The notes below the pieces were generated by a model that worked only from the letters and a program-made list of their open reading frames with translations, made no database searches and was not told where the DNA came from. A program made the translations under genes and the position numbers. DNA of 64,000 nucleotides from the human T2T-CHM13v2.0 reference genome, Homo sapiens, in the NCBI RefSeq assembly GCF_009914755.1, contig NC_060938.1; one strand, 5' to 3'. Positions 1 to 22,678 of this stretch are shown here, in pieces (position 1 is the first letter of the stretch; the number at the start of each line of letters is the position of its first letter).

Positions 1-324
1 TTCCCATTTCCTCATCTCTAAGATGGGGAAGTGGAACTAGATGTTGCTGTGGTTCCTCCTAGGTTTCATATGCTCTTTCATGCCTGTTTTTATGGTTTTT
101 CCCAAAGCATATAAAGGCTCTGATGGGCATCTATGAAATGTCTAGTAGGGTGACTATACTCTTAGCAGCTCTGCTGACTACAAGAAAATGTACTGAGCTT
201 ACAAAGCAGCATCATTAAATAACTAAAAAGAAAATCATTATGTTTGGATGCCTTTATGTTAATAGTTACTTTTCTGATTATAAAAGTAATATATGTTAAT
301 TATAGACATTTTAGAAAATACAGA

Positions 325-1190
<866 letters not shown>

Positions 1191-1211
1191 AAGAAAAAAG
1201 AAAATATAAAT

Positions 1212-1562
<351 letters not shown>

Positions 1563-1737
1563 CTAGAGATAACCATTTGGCTAGATGTAAAAATAGGTTT
1601 TGACCAGCCAAATTTTCTGAAAGTCCTTCTAAATTGTTAGGAAGCAAACAAACCTGCCAATTTTATTGATTATAAAAAGTTGCATTGTGGAGTACGGATT
1701 AAGTTTTATGGAAATCCCATATTAAGACTTAAAAAAA

Positions 1738-2609
<872 letters not shown>

Positions 2610-3162
2610 ACTTAAAAAATAACTTTATTGTTTTAAATGACTGCCAAGATGTACTGAAGTTGCCTTTGTGGCATAATAATGCTTTCGTTGATGATTTTGT
2701 CCTCAATTTGGAATTTGGAACCCTTTTTTTTTTCGCTCTACACCTTCAGAGAAACTTCTCTAGTAAAAAAAAAAAAAAAACTATAGAAATGATCCCTAAA
2801 AGTACAGTCTTGGAACCCAACTTTTAAATTTGATTGATTCCTATGGGAAGAGATAGGACACTTTAGAAGAAATGTGTGATATACATTTATAATATACCCC
2901 AGGAATAGGTTGTAGTGAAAAACAGAGGCTGCCTGTCTCTGTACCTGAGAGTTTTGGGAGAGAAATGTGGGGGAGGAAAGTGAACTAAACTAGCTAGCTT
3001 TCCTCACTTTGTAAATTACCCTTCTGTGACAGCTTCCCACAATAATTTTAGTAACTACTAACTTTTATTGACTACCTACTCTGAGTGAGATACTATTCTA
3101 AGTGCATATGTTTTCTTGTTTAATCTTTACAACAGCCTATTCAGCAAATACTACTATTTTCT

Positions 3163-3517
<355 letters not shown>

Positions 3518-3657
3518 TAAAAGTTCATGAAACTAGTAAGTGGGGTGGGGCTGGGACTTAAACTGGAACCCAGAAGGTCAACTGCTATACATCAGGTCCC
3601 TTGATAGTTATTTAAATATGATGTCACTGACACAAAATAGGTTTTGGAGTTGGGTTT

Positions 3658-4773
<1,116 letters not shown>

Positions 4774-5026
4774 GGATTTCATTTTTCTTCTTGGAAGAGA
4801 AAGGGGAGGATGAATCCTCAAATGTGATTCACTCAAGACTGATAATAACCCCAAGATGAGCCTGCCGCAAGTGAAAAACCAGTCCTCATGGGTTGGCAAT
4901 CCTTTAGCCACAGCCATGCAAGTGTAGCATTGGCCAGAAGAGGGCACTGCCTCCTACTCGTATGACTATGTACATGGAAACCAATAGGATGGATGGAGAT
5001 TTGGATGCTACTTTCAATTAATTACC

Positions 5027-5285
<259 letters not shown>

Positions 5286-5410
5286 AATTATTATTTTTTA
5301 CAGCCTCTGATTTAGCTTAGTACAACCTTTGATAGAATAAACGCCTGTGAAATTTTAGTATCACTGTGAGACCAAAGCACCTCATTGGCAATACTTAACA
5401 TTTATGTTCA

Positions 5411-5548
<138 letters not shown>

Positions 5549-6244
5549 GTTAAACATAATAATAAGAAGACATGGAATGATTTTATCCTTTGGCTTTCCT
5601 AGTGTGCTATATCTGGTCCAACAAGGCAGAGCCCAGTTTTTCCACATCAGGCAAACACAGGCTGATGCTGGGGGAAGGAGGAAGTTGGGGTATTTAGAGA
5701 TTGAGAGAAGAAACTGGGAGGAACCCTAGACCTCCAGATAGCTGAGGAATCTTGTGACAAAATAGAGAGGACAGGTTTAGAAGGTTGCACTTTGTGTTGT
5801 GATTTGAGAGAATAATACTGCAGGCCCCTCTGGCAAAACAACGCTGCCTACCAGAGCAGTTCATCTAATCTGTGGATTCTTAATTGGAGGAGGGAATTCA
5901 CATAAGTATAGTTATTCTTTAGTTCTCATTAATCATTAAAATCTCCCTCCTCCTCTGCTTCTGTTTTAATGACAGCCTACATTTGTGCAGTGCGAGTCTT
6001 TGTGGAAGGTTGTTCCATCCCACAAGGAACAGAGCAGGTACTAATTATTTCCAATTTACAGTTGAGGAGACACAGAGGGTAGGTGGTTTGCTTTGGCTTC
6101 CCTGTAAGCCAACCCTGGGAGGGGACCAGAAGCCTGGGGCCTGATTTTAGCCTTGTGTTCTTTCTCCTATCAAAAACATGTTCCTAACTCTCATACACTG
6201 CGATTTCCGGTGTCCACCAACTGACTGTATGCCTACACTGTGAC

Positions 6245-6985
<741 letters not shown>

Positions 6986-7339
6986 TCCTGATTTGTTTAC
7001 ACAAATTACTTTTACATGAGCCGACTTTAATACTACCAAAACTTAGCTCATCCCTGCTTAAAGGTGCAGCAGGCTTATTTACTCTTATGCTCTGACAGAG
7101 AGCACACCAGCATTCCCCGAAGACTTTCTGAAGGGTTGTGAGAGCAGCTCAACATCTGCCATTGCATTTTGAGTGCAAGAATACATTTCAGGAGAGCTGC
7201 CACACAGGAAGTTCATCCTCTGCCTTTAATACTACAAACATATGCTCTTTCTGTGTGTCCAGAAAGTAAGGAAGAAGACAGTTTCTAAGTGGGCAGGCCA
7301 GATGCAGCAAACATCTCACACAAATGGCAAAGCTCAGAA

Positions 7340-7545
7340 CTCACTACAGTCTCGACCTCCTGTGCTCTTGAATAGCTGGGACTACGGGTGCATGCCACCA
7401 CACCTGGCTAAGTTGTAAACTTTTTTGTAGACACAAGGTCGCACTATGTTGCCCAGGCTGGTCTTGAACTCCTGGGCTCAAGCAGTCCTTCCATGTCGGC
7501 CGCCCAAAGTGTTGGGATTACAGGTGTGAGCCATCGCACCTGGCC
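7340..7545 (-). mobile_element. Alu fragment
   Basis: Alu consensus. Confidence 0.85.
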
Positions 7546-7860
7546 CATATCCCACTTTTAACAGCCAATGGCACTAGTACTGTTTTCAGGAAAAGCAAGA
7601 AAGCCAACTCCTGCATCCTAATGGTGCAGATGGCACCTCCAGAGAAGACAGAGATGAGAAACGGAGCAGCAAACTAAAGCTGCTCAAAACTCCATGGCAG
7701 GCCGCGGTGAAGTCATAAATGGAACCAGATTTCCTGTTTCCCTAAGTACACCTGCTTCTCATTAGCTCTTACTGCTTTTTGCAGGACCAGCAGGCTTGAA
7801 AATATTAAAGGACAAAAGTACAACATATTCCTTCAGGGATTGGCTGTCTCTGTTCATGGC

Positions 7861-8087
7861 TACACACCACACATACACATAAAAAAAACACACATACACA
7901 CACATATACACACATGTGCACACATACACCCACACACGTACACACGTACACACATATACACACACGCACACACGCACATATATGTAGACATTCACACACA
8001 CACACACACACGCATGCACACATACCCACATAATACACACACATGCATATATACACAAAACATACACACATACACACACATACACAC
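7861..8087. repeat. Compound (CA)n/(TACA)n microsatellite
   Basis: Directly visible. Confidence 0.95.
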
Positions 8088-8529
8088 TGCTGGCTTGGAC
8101 TGCTACTGCCACTTGAGCTCCTTGTATCCTCTATCTCACTGATTCTCTCCCATCCCACGAACAAAAGAGTAAAAATCCTGAAAAACATTGCTAGAAATCC
8201 ACTTGCACACTTTCTCCAGCTAGATTGCTTTCGGAGGAGTTGACGCTCTTCCTCCCAGCGGACAGAGGGACACAGGATATGTGTCTGTAATTTTTGCACC
8301 TCTCCATGATGGGGCAGGGGGCAGTTTTCAGAACTCTGGCAGGCTGTGCCACAGGTGTGTCTTCAACCACACGTGCAGGATCATAGTGTGGGAACTGAGG
8401 CAGGCTGCTGTTCTGCCAGAGTCTAAAGGAGTCCTGGGGGCAGCAGAGATAGCTTGGAGTCTGCTTGCTTAATTGGGGCCCAACATCAGGAATTTTCTGC
8501 AGTGGCAATACTCAAAGCCAGGTAGATGG

Positions 8530-9085
<556 letters not shown>

Positions 9086-9156
9086 ACAATTTGTATGTAC
9101 ACACAGGCACACACTATTTCACATGTTAGACTTGATAAGCTGATAGAAAAACATCT

Positions 9157-9210
9157 AGGAAGAAGGAGGAGGAGGAGGGGGAGGACGAGGGGGAGGAGGA
9201 GGGGGAGAAA
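9157..9210. repeat. (GGA)n purine tract
   Basis: Directly visible. Confidence 0.85.
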
Positions 9211-9656
9211 GGTCTTGAAGGATACACACTAAACTATTATCAGGTTATTTCTGAGCAAGGGAGCGGAAGTGGGGGTCGGTGAGGGGAACTTTCCCATTTT
9301 GCCCTATTTATTTCTATGTTATTTAGGATGCACCAATAGTGCTTCCCCATAAAAACTATGGGGATGGAGTATGGAGGAGGCATGGAGGCACATTTGATGG
9401 GGATGTTAGCACAGCCAGAGGCTTCTGGGAGTCAGGGCCAAGGGCTGGAAAGCAGACTGCAAGCTGGGGGAGAGGATCTAAGCTCCTGACTATGCACCGC
9501 ATGTCCTTTTCTTATTTTGTTTTCCCTTTCCTGGGTCTCTTTCCAAACCCAGGCAGCTAGAGAAGAACCCCTCCCTAGGAAACTCAGAGAGGATGGCTTG
9601 GCTTGGCCCCAGGCCTTAAGAAGAAACCTCTTCTTTCCCTTAGTGCCCATTTCCTT

Positions 9657-9996
9657 GTTTGTTTGTTTGTTTGTTTGTTTTGAGATACTCACAGACTGAG
9701 TACAGTGATGCAATCATGGGCCACTGCCACCTCGACCTCCTGGGCTCAAGAGATCCTCCCACCTCAGTCTCCTGAGTAGCTGGCACTACAGGCATGCAGT
9801 GAGACCCTGTCTCTACAAAAAAAAAAAAAAATTAGCCAGGTGAGGTGGTACGTGGTAACGTGTTGTGCCACTATATTACAATAGCTATGATGTCACTAGG
9901 CAACATAGTGAGACCTCAAACTCCCGATGCAAGTGATCCTCCTTCCTCAGCCTCCCGAAATGTTGGGATTACAGGCATATGTCACCTTGCCCAGCC
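9657..9996 (-). mobile_element. Rearranged AluJ (internal inversion plus foreign insert)
   Basis: See findings. Confidence 0.85.
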
Positions 9997-10171
9997 TTCC
10001 TTGAGGTTCTCTTCCTGTGCCTTTTGCTATCAGAGCAAAAGATCTCCAGGAGCTGAGGAAAACAGGCTACAATAATTTGGCTGACTTCCAGTGGAGACCA
10101 CTTGTTTTCTACCCAGACTCCTCCTTAGAATTGCCTGGGGAGCTTTTAAAGAATACGTAAGCCTCACGCTT

Positions 10172-10568
10172 AGTCATGCATCACTTATAAGAGACAGGGA
10201 TGTGTTTTGAGAAATGCATTGTTAGGTGATTTTGTCATTAGATGAACATCACAGAGTTTATTTACACAAACTTAGATGATATAGCCTACTACACAGCTAG
10301 GATACACTATAAAGCCTATTCTTGCTCCTAAGCTATAAACCTATACGGCATGTTACTGTACTGAACACTGTAGGCTATCCTAACACAATGGTATTTGTGT
10401 ATCTAAACACATCTAAACATAGAAAAGGTAATGCGTCATGCTACTACATTACAATAACTATGACGACACTAGTCAATAGGAATTTTTCAGCTCCATTATA
10501 ATCTTATGGGGCAACCATCATATATGTAGTTCATTGTTAACCGAGATGTCATTTATGCTGCTTAGTGT
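10172..10568 (+). mobile_element. Tigger3/MER7-like DNA transposon
   Basis: AGTCATGCATCAC start; GAGAAATGCATTGTTAGG; GAATTTTTCAGCTCCATTATAATCTTATGGG. Confidence 0.8.
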
Positions 10569-10721
10569 ATAGACATATACACTGAAGTATAGAATAAATG
10601 TTTTGTTATTTTAGCAAATATCCAATGCTGGATAAATCGAACGTTTCTTTTATTCTGGAATGAGTGTAAATTGGTTAAGAACCCTTTGAAAAGCAATTTG
10701 ACAATACCAAAGTCTAAAATG

Positions 10722-11025
10722 TTTTTTAATTTTTATTTTTGAGATAGGGTCTAGCTCTGTCACTTGGGCTGAAGTACAGTGTCATGATCACGGCTCACTG
10801 CAGCCTCGACCTCCCAGGGTCAAGCGACCCTCCTAACTCAGCCTCCTGAGTAGCCAGGACTGCAGTCACGTGCCATGATGCCCTGCTAATTTTTTTTTTT
10901 TTTTTGTAGGGATGGGGTTTCACCATGTTGGGCCAGGCTGGTCTTGAACTCCTGGCCTCAAGCGATCCTTCCACCTCAACCTCCCAAAGTGCTGGGATTA
11001 TAGGCATGAGCCCCCTTGCCCAGCC
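10722..11025 (-). mobile_element. AluJ-like within L1 fragments
   Basis: Alu consensus. Confidence 0.88.
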
Positions 11026-11337
11026 AAAAATATTTTCATACCATTTTGTTCAGCAATAAAACTTCTGGGAATTTTTCCTAAGGAAATATTTTTTAAAGAA
11101 AATATATGTGACAGTTGCTCTCATTATGATTCCTTTTATAATTGCTAAAAATTGGAAACAAATTAAACCTTCAACAAATGGCAGGTGCTTACTACATTGG
11201 ACATTTTGCAGCAATTAAAACTGTAATGGAAATTTGTAATAATATGTAAAATATACTGATAATGAACTGGTAACCTTTCTTTTTTGGACTTAAGTGCTTT
11301 TGTGCTTTTATGAAAGTTCATTTCAAAGGAAAGAATA

Positions 11338-11659
<322 letters not shown>

Positions 11660-11671
11660 CTAATAATCTAA

Positions 11672-12032
<361 letters not shown>

Positions 12033-13809
12033 CTATTTGTTTTTTAAAAATTTGTTTTAACACAGCAAAATTTCATCATGAAATGTTGGTAGTTTTTAAA
12101 GTTCCCCAGATGATTCTAATTGAAGCCAAGATTGCGAGACAACCATTAGCCTTGGATCCAAATAAGAACCTCCCCCACAAGTTCAGCTGTGGCCCAGTCT
12201 AGATTGTTTGGGTGGAGTTCTAAGTGGGGTATTAAATGGTCTCTTTCCCTAGACTTGTCACCTGCACATACCTCTCAAGGAGTAGTGGGGCCAGTGGTGG
12301 CCCCAGTAGGAGGCTAATCGTAAATTTGGGATCACGGCCCGAATAGTTATACATCTTACCACAGCCAGCGGCAGGTAGACTCATTAGGAAGTAGGTGTTA
12401 AAATAATCTAGGTAAAAGTCAGTGAGGGCTCGACCAGGGTCAGGGCAGCAGAGGAAGGCAGGCAGAGGCAGAACCCGCACCACTGAGCAGCTGAGGAAAT
12501 CTAGGATCTACAGAGTTGGAACCAAATTCCGGAATGAATCTGGCCTGTTGTGGAGGGGATCCCAGCCCTACAGAGGCCCTGGTTGCCTGCCCGCTAGTAT
12601 CTGCACAGTCTTGCTAGAGGGGATAAAAGCAGAAAGCTTAGAGGGTTTGCACTAGGAGATCCTGGCAAGAGATGCTGGTGTCTACAGGGCTCTTTAGAAG
12701 AAGGTGCTACAGCCAATTTGCTGTTGGACCAAAGGAAACAAACTAAAATTGAATAGGAAAGAGAAGAGTCAGGAGAGCAAAAGAGGTCCATCAGAAAAAG
12801 ATAATGATCCCTTTATGGCCCAACATTCTGTGACCTCAGGGAAGAGTGACACAGGTGATGTGGCACTACTGGTGAGGCAGCAAGGAGCCCCCTGCTCATC
12901 AAAGTCCTTCTCCCCCCAGCTCCCTATTGCCTGTAATTCCACTATTGGGTCAATTCTATTTGGATTAATAAGCATCGCTCATTCATTATTGTCATCTGCT
13001 AAAACACAGATTCCTGAAAGGACTAACAATTTGATTAGCAACAATTTAGTGGAATTGGTTTATGATGTATTCAGCCAGTGTGAGTGCCTACTCACTAGGA
13101 AGTCAGATACAATAGAAACAAGAACTTGTCAAGGTGACTAAGAAGACTCGATTCAATTCAGAAGTATCTACTAGACATTTCCTGGTCACCTGACAAGGTA
13201 GGAAAACAGAAAAATGCATGATACTGTCACCTCCCTCAAGGAGCTTTTAGCCTTGTTGGGAGGAATTCAAGCACACCAAAGCCACAGACAGAACAAGCAA
13301 CTGCTTATTAAACTGTTAACATAGTCAAGGGCCAACATGAAGAGCAGAGCTAAATGCCTTCATGTCAAAGAGCCTTTTCAGAAGCTCTCATGATTGAATC
13401 ACACTGACCCTTTTCATTAGGGAGCCTGGAAAATAAGCTATTACAACCCCACTGTTATCGAAATATTAACCTGGGTGTAACTTCCTGGTTCTAAGGAACC
13501 ATAGTTTCTACCCTGCACCAGAAGTCTTGCCTTTGCACTACTGAGAGTCATTAATAAGCGTTTCAGTGTGTGTAGGAGCCCACCTACCTTCTCTCTTTGT
13601 CCTCCCAACTCTGGCCATGTGCCACATCTTCTGGGTTGGCTGAGTAGTTTCACATTTACTAATCACCCACAAGACACATGGTTCCTGTCTATCTCAGTCA
13701 TGCTCACAAGGAACCCTCGTGAGGAAACCTCACAAGCTCCTGTCTCGGGCTGTCACTGGAAGACAGGACTGTAACCATCAAGAAATTGGAAAAAAAGAAG
13801 CAAGATTTA

Positions 13810-14344
13810 GGCAGGGCATGGTGACTAGTGCCTGTAACCCCAGCACTTTGGGAAGCTGAGGCAGGAAGGATTGCTTGAGTCTAGAAGTTCGAGACCAGCC
13901 TGGGCAACATAGCATGAACCCATCTCTACCAAAAAAAAAAAAGAAAGAAAGAAAGAAGGAAGCAGCAGCAGAAGAAGCAGAAAAAGAAACAGAAGAAGAA
14001 GCAGAAGAAGAAGTGGAAGAAGCAGCAGAAGCAGAAGAAAGGAAAGAAGTATGGGCCAGGTGTGATGGCTCATGTCTGTAGTCCCAGCACTTTGAGAGGC
14101 CAAGGCAGGTATATTGCTTAAGCCTAGGAGTTTGAAACCAGTCTGGGCAACATGGTGAAACCCCACCTTTACAAAAATTACAAAAATTACAAAAATTAGC
14201 CAGGTATGGTGGTGTGCTCCTGTAGTCCTCGCTACTCTGGAGGCTGAGGTGAGAGGATCACTTGAACTTGGAAGGTGGTGGCTGCAGTGAGCCATGGTCA
14301 ACCACTACACCCCAGCCTGGGCACAGAATGAGACCTTGTGTCAA

Positions 14345-14375
<31 letters not shown>

Positions 14376-14386
14376 AAAAAAAAAAA
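13810..14386 (+). mobile_element. Alu monomer + (GAA/GCA)n tract (~13945-14048) + AluJ
   Basis: Alu consensus and simple repeat. Confidence 0.85.
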
Positions 14387-14490
14387 CTATAAGTCACAAG
14401 GGTGTATCTATTTATAAAAAATTGTTGAATTGTATACTTAGGACTTGTGCATTTCTATATATATAAATTTTACCTTTAAAAATGTGAGCA

Positions 14491-17390
<2,900 letters not shown>

Positions 17391-20270
17391 CCCTCCTCCA
17401 ACAAAGCAAACAAACCTATGAGTGTGGCCAGGAATCAGGCAACACTTTGGCAAGAGCAACCGGGAGGCCTGTGCTTCCTGCTGGGGCCAGAGCCAGCCCC
17501 AAATACGTCCACCCAGGGCCTGCAGGAGGGCATGAATAGCGACCCTGTAGGGTAGGCCTGGTTGGCAAGAGCACGTATTATGCAAATTCTGTCAACAACT
17601 AGACCACAAGCTGGGTTGCAGTTCCTGGCAGAACTCATTATGTCCTTAGAGCAGAGAGGCCTTACAGCTGTTTCGTGTTAGATGATTCACAGACAACGTG
17701 CAGCAAACCGAAGAATCATTGGTGAATGTGTGAATTGCATTTGCATTTCATCTCTTTTCATAAAAATTATTGTTTAAGTCTGCTTTTGTTACAGCTCACT
17801 AATAAATGGAGTGTATTTGCATTTTTGCAAGGAGGCCTGAATTTTTAACACCTAATCATCTTTACCAAAGAGCAAGAATCGGCTAAAGTTTTCCCATTTA
17901 GTAAGAGTAGTAATTAAGACATACACCTTCCCTAAGCAATTCCTTTTCAAAAAGGAGCACACATTTAAAGATAACTCATTAATATCTCTTCTGAGGCTGT
18001 TTATCCAGTTTTGTCATGGCTCTAGAGCACAGGAATCTTTTTTTCTCCTCCATCTCTTTTTTAGCCAGTCTCTGAGAATCTCTGAGTTGCTAAGTATTAT
18101 TTATTTCTTCCATTTTACCCCCAGGAGCTTAGCCATTTTTGATTTTTTGGCTTCGTTTTTTGAGCAACTTGAATGTCCCACACATCAAAGGCCAATTAGC
18201 TAAAAGACAGGCTTCTTCACACAACCCCTAGTTGATATCAACCTGTCTTTTTCTCAAAGCAACAGGAAGCCAGGTGGCCAGCTCTAAAACCAATCCCACC
18301 ACATAACGTTTTTCCTAACCTCTGACTTACACCTCCGGGTTATGCCTGGTTAACCTTCTCGTTTTCCTCCTGGGGCCAAGAGTGAGCTGCTGAGGAGTGA
18401 AACAGACAAAGATTCACGTTCCTCTCCGGCCGCCTATGGGGAGCAGTTTCCAAACTCCCATCCCGGATCACGCAGGGGCGGGGCAGTGCTAGCCTGGGGA
18501 GCACCTGGCCGACATGACTGAAGAGGCCCTGCCCCAGAAAGGCCTCAAAAACACTCGTTAAAGCTAGGGCTGAGTCATCTGGGTGTGGAGGCTGTCGGGT
18601 CACATTCTTGAAACATAACAGGCAAACAGGACAGGCAGAGAACATCTAGACTGTGGATTCTGTAAAGCTTTTTCAAGGCCAGTTCACAGAAGCATTCCCT
18701 ACTCTGTGAGCGTGAAATATAAAGGTGAATGCAGCCCCAGTGCCAGCACATAAGGCCAGTCAGTGCTATACAGGGTCAGCTTAGCCCTGGGCTGACCCTT
18801 AAGATCAGGAAAAAGTTATGGGGCAGTGACTTCTCAGCAAGTCTTTTCCATGTTTCTGGTGTCTTCGAATTCCTAGCTGAACAGAATTTATCAAAGCAGA
18901 AGGTAGCTGTTTATACCCCAGTTTACCCAGGCAAAGAGAAATGCTTTGGAATTGAGATATTTTCAGGGCATGAGTGGTTTAGATCTCTGAAACTGGAAGA
19001 CGAAAATCCAGGTTATTAGAGATCAGCAGCACCTGAGAGGCAGGCTTCCTGGCACCTGAAGACTCACAGACAAGCCTTGGTAGCCTGGCTTGTTTTCCTT
19101 GCAGTTCAAAACCATTTCTTTGAGGTCATGATCTGAAAGGGGACACTGGACCCTGAGACCTAAATTCTGGTCCCTATGAGTAAATGCTTCAGACAGATCA
19201 AGTTGGGGAGCTTCCACTGAAAAACACTGAGACTAACACCCTGGTGTGACAGCCACACCTGTCTCCAAAGTGTACACACCACCCCACCAGGACATCACCA
19301 ACCTGACATTTAATTAGCAATGAGACACTTGTTTTCACTCCTGTGGTCAAAGAATGGGGAAATAGATGCTTTCTGTCTCCTTGCCTTTGGTTATTTTTCT
19401 CCTACTTCCTGAGCTGGGCTGGGAGCAACAGAAAAGAGAAGGAAGGAGAAACCCAGCAAGGCAAGAGCAGCTCCTTCCCTTCTTTGACACATTTATGTTC
19501 TGCTCCTATAGTGGTGGAAGCAGGAAGTAGGGTGACTGGCCTGCTCCACTCACATTCTGATCATTTTCTCTACAAGGCAAGGATGGCTAGCACCTCCAGT
19601 TGTGTGGAATGCTTCTATCAGGGGCCTGTGTACGGTATCATTGACATCTGGAATGTCTCATTCAAGCAATGAGGGCCACGTGTGGTTGTGGATGGTGAGA
19701 TAAAAATTCATCTTTGCCTCTGGAAAAACAGTCAGAAGGCATGCCTTCCTGAAGGCGGGCATATCCTCTCTAAATCCAGCATATTGTATAGCATTATGGA
19801 ATAGAGCAGAAAAGAAACCTAACATTTGGCTGGGGGCTGGCTAACTGTACTGGAAATTTTAGCTATCTTCTCAATCTGCCACCAACTCTGAGGCAGATGG
19901 CCTTGTACCCGTTTTACAGACAAGGCAACTGGGGCTGTGGATTTGGCAAGGCGCTAGTTGCAGGACCTCAGGTAACTGGCAGAGTTAGGATGTGAACCTA
20001 GGTTGCTATCTACTCATCAAGCCTGTGTGTTCTCCATGGGACCAGGCATGCTGTGCTTGACTTTTCCACTGGTTCGACATTCAGGTCATTTGTTCATCCC
20101 TGGTCACCTACCACTTCTTCAGTTTTCCATGATTTCTTGAAGACTGCCAGGAGTGATTGTGAGGTCACTGGTGATTTGAATTTCATCTTTTTAATACATT
20201 TGATTTGAATTTTATATTTAAATATACTTGGATTTGATTTAAAAATTTTTTTTAACTATAATTAAAAACA

Positions 20271-20840
<570 letters not shown>

Positions 20841-21480
20841 AAAAACCTATAACTGAAAACACAATGTGTTGCTGTGCTAGGTACCAAATTATAATAATGC
20901 TGGCACATAACTTTTGCTGGCAGTCTTTTGAGCAAATCTTGGATTGAAGCTTTCTGGGCCCTTCCTTCTTTCCTCCCTGCCTCTCTCTCTGTCCCTCTCT
21001 CTTTCACTGACTCTTTCAGCTAACAGGACATTGAAGTATAATTAATCTACAGCAGAATGCACAATTCTTAAGCGTATAGCTCATGAATTTTCCCACATAT
21101 ATACTCCATATAATCACTACGTATAACAAGATATAGACAGTGTCCAACACTCTGGAAAGTTTCCTTGTGTCCCTTCCAAGTCAAGAGCACCGCCTCTTGT
21201 TACTATTCTTACTTCCATCATCAAAAATTACTGAGTTGTGCCACTGATTAGGAAGGTTAGGGGTCTGCCCTGGCCTTTTCTATCTGTTCCTGCGACAATG
21301 TTCCCGAGAAGACAACTGCTGCACAAGGCTCAGGATTTTTGGTTCATATTCTTGTCATGCCTCAGTTGTGCATTCACGAGCGATGTGTAACCCACCCTGA
21401 GGCTCTACTGCTTATGAAAAGTTTTGAGTATTTTGTGTTTTGTGTCCAACTTTTTATTTAGGACAAGAAATTTAATAGTC

Positions 21481-21757
21481 TTTTTTTGTTTGTTTGTTTG
21501 AGACAAGGTCTTCCTTGGTCACCCAGGCTGGAATGCAGTGGCACGATCTAGGCTCACTGCAGCCTCGACCTCCCAGGCTCAAGTGAGGTCAAGTACCTTC
21601 AGCCTCCCAAGTACCACATCCAGTTAATTTATAAACTTTTTTGCACAAAGTCTCACTATGTTGCCCAGGCTGATCTCAAACTTCTGGACTTAAGTGATTC
21701 TCTTGCCTTGGTCTCCCAAAGTGTTGGGATTACAGGCATAAGCCATGGCATCCAGCT
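21481..21757 (-). mobile_element. AluJ-like
   Basis: Alu consensus. Confidence 0.85.
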
Positions 21758-22072
21758 TCAGTGGTCTTAATAATTCACTTTGAAAGTTAAAAAACGTTCT
21801 GGTATTCCTTTTCCAAATTGGATCAGTTTTAAGATGAGATAAATGACAAGGCAAGCTGTTTTTAAATATGTGTTTATCTTTTGCAACTAAAACAATATGA
21901 AGTAAATTAAATGCTGAGCTTGATAAAAGATTGCAATGGTTATGCCTGTATTATTTCAAATTTTGGTGTTCATCAAAATGGTAATTTTTCTCATAGATTG
22001 ACTTTATGAGAAGTGAATGCTAAATGAATTTTAACTTAAATGTAGATTCATAAATTATTTCTTTTGTGTTTT

Positions 22073-22678
22073 TATCTTTTATTGTTTTTTGAGACAGAGT
22101 CTCACTCTGTTGCCCAGGCTGGAGTACAGTGGCTTGATCTCGGCTCACTACAACCTCCACCTCCTGGTTCAAGTGATTGTCCTGTCTCACCCTCCCCAGT
22201 AACTGGGATTACAGGCGCCCACCACCACACCCAGGTAATTCTTGTGTTTTTGTAGAGGTGGGGTCTCGCCATGTTGTCCAGGCCGGTCTGGAACTCCTGG
22301 CCTCAAGCGATCTGCCCGCCTCAGCCTCCCAAAGTGCTGGGGTTACAGGCGTGAGCCACTGCGCCCGGCCTCCTTGGTATTTTTATGTCTATTTTTTTAG
22401 ATGGAGTCTCGCTCTGTCCCCCAGGCTGGAGTGCAGTGGCGCGATCAGCTCACTGCAACCTCCACCTCGCGGGTTCAAGCAATTCTCCTGCCTCAGCCTC
22501 CTGAGTAGCTGGGATTACAGACGTCCATCAACACGCCCAGCTAATTTTTGTATTTTTAGTAGAGATAGGGTTTCACCATGTTGGCCAGGCTGGTCTTGAA
22601 CTGCCTACCTCAGGTGATCCACCCACCTTGGCCTCCCAAAGTGCTGGGATTACAGGCGTAAGCCACCTGCGCCTGGCC
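22073..22678 (-). mobile_element. Two tandem AluS
   Basis: 22073-22370 and 22390-22678. Confidence 0.9.

Noticed and set aside
7762-8299. HT/VC-repeat ORFs
   Set aside because: Translation of the (CA)n tract
12704-13141. 145-aa ORF in unique sequence
   Set aside because: GTG start, no recognisable domain, no promoter or splice support
13825-14301. Poly-Leu and Glu/Ala-rich ORFs
   Set aside because: GAA/GCA expansion of an Alu tail
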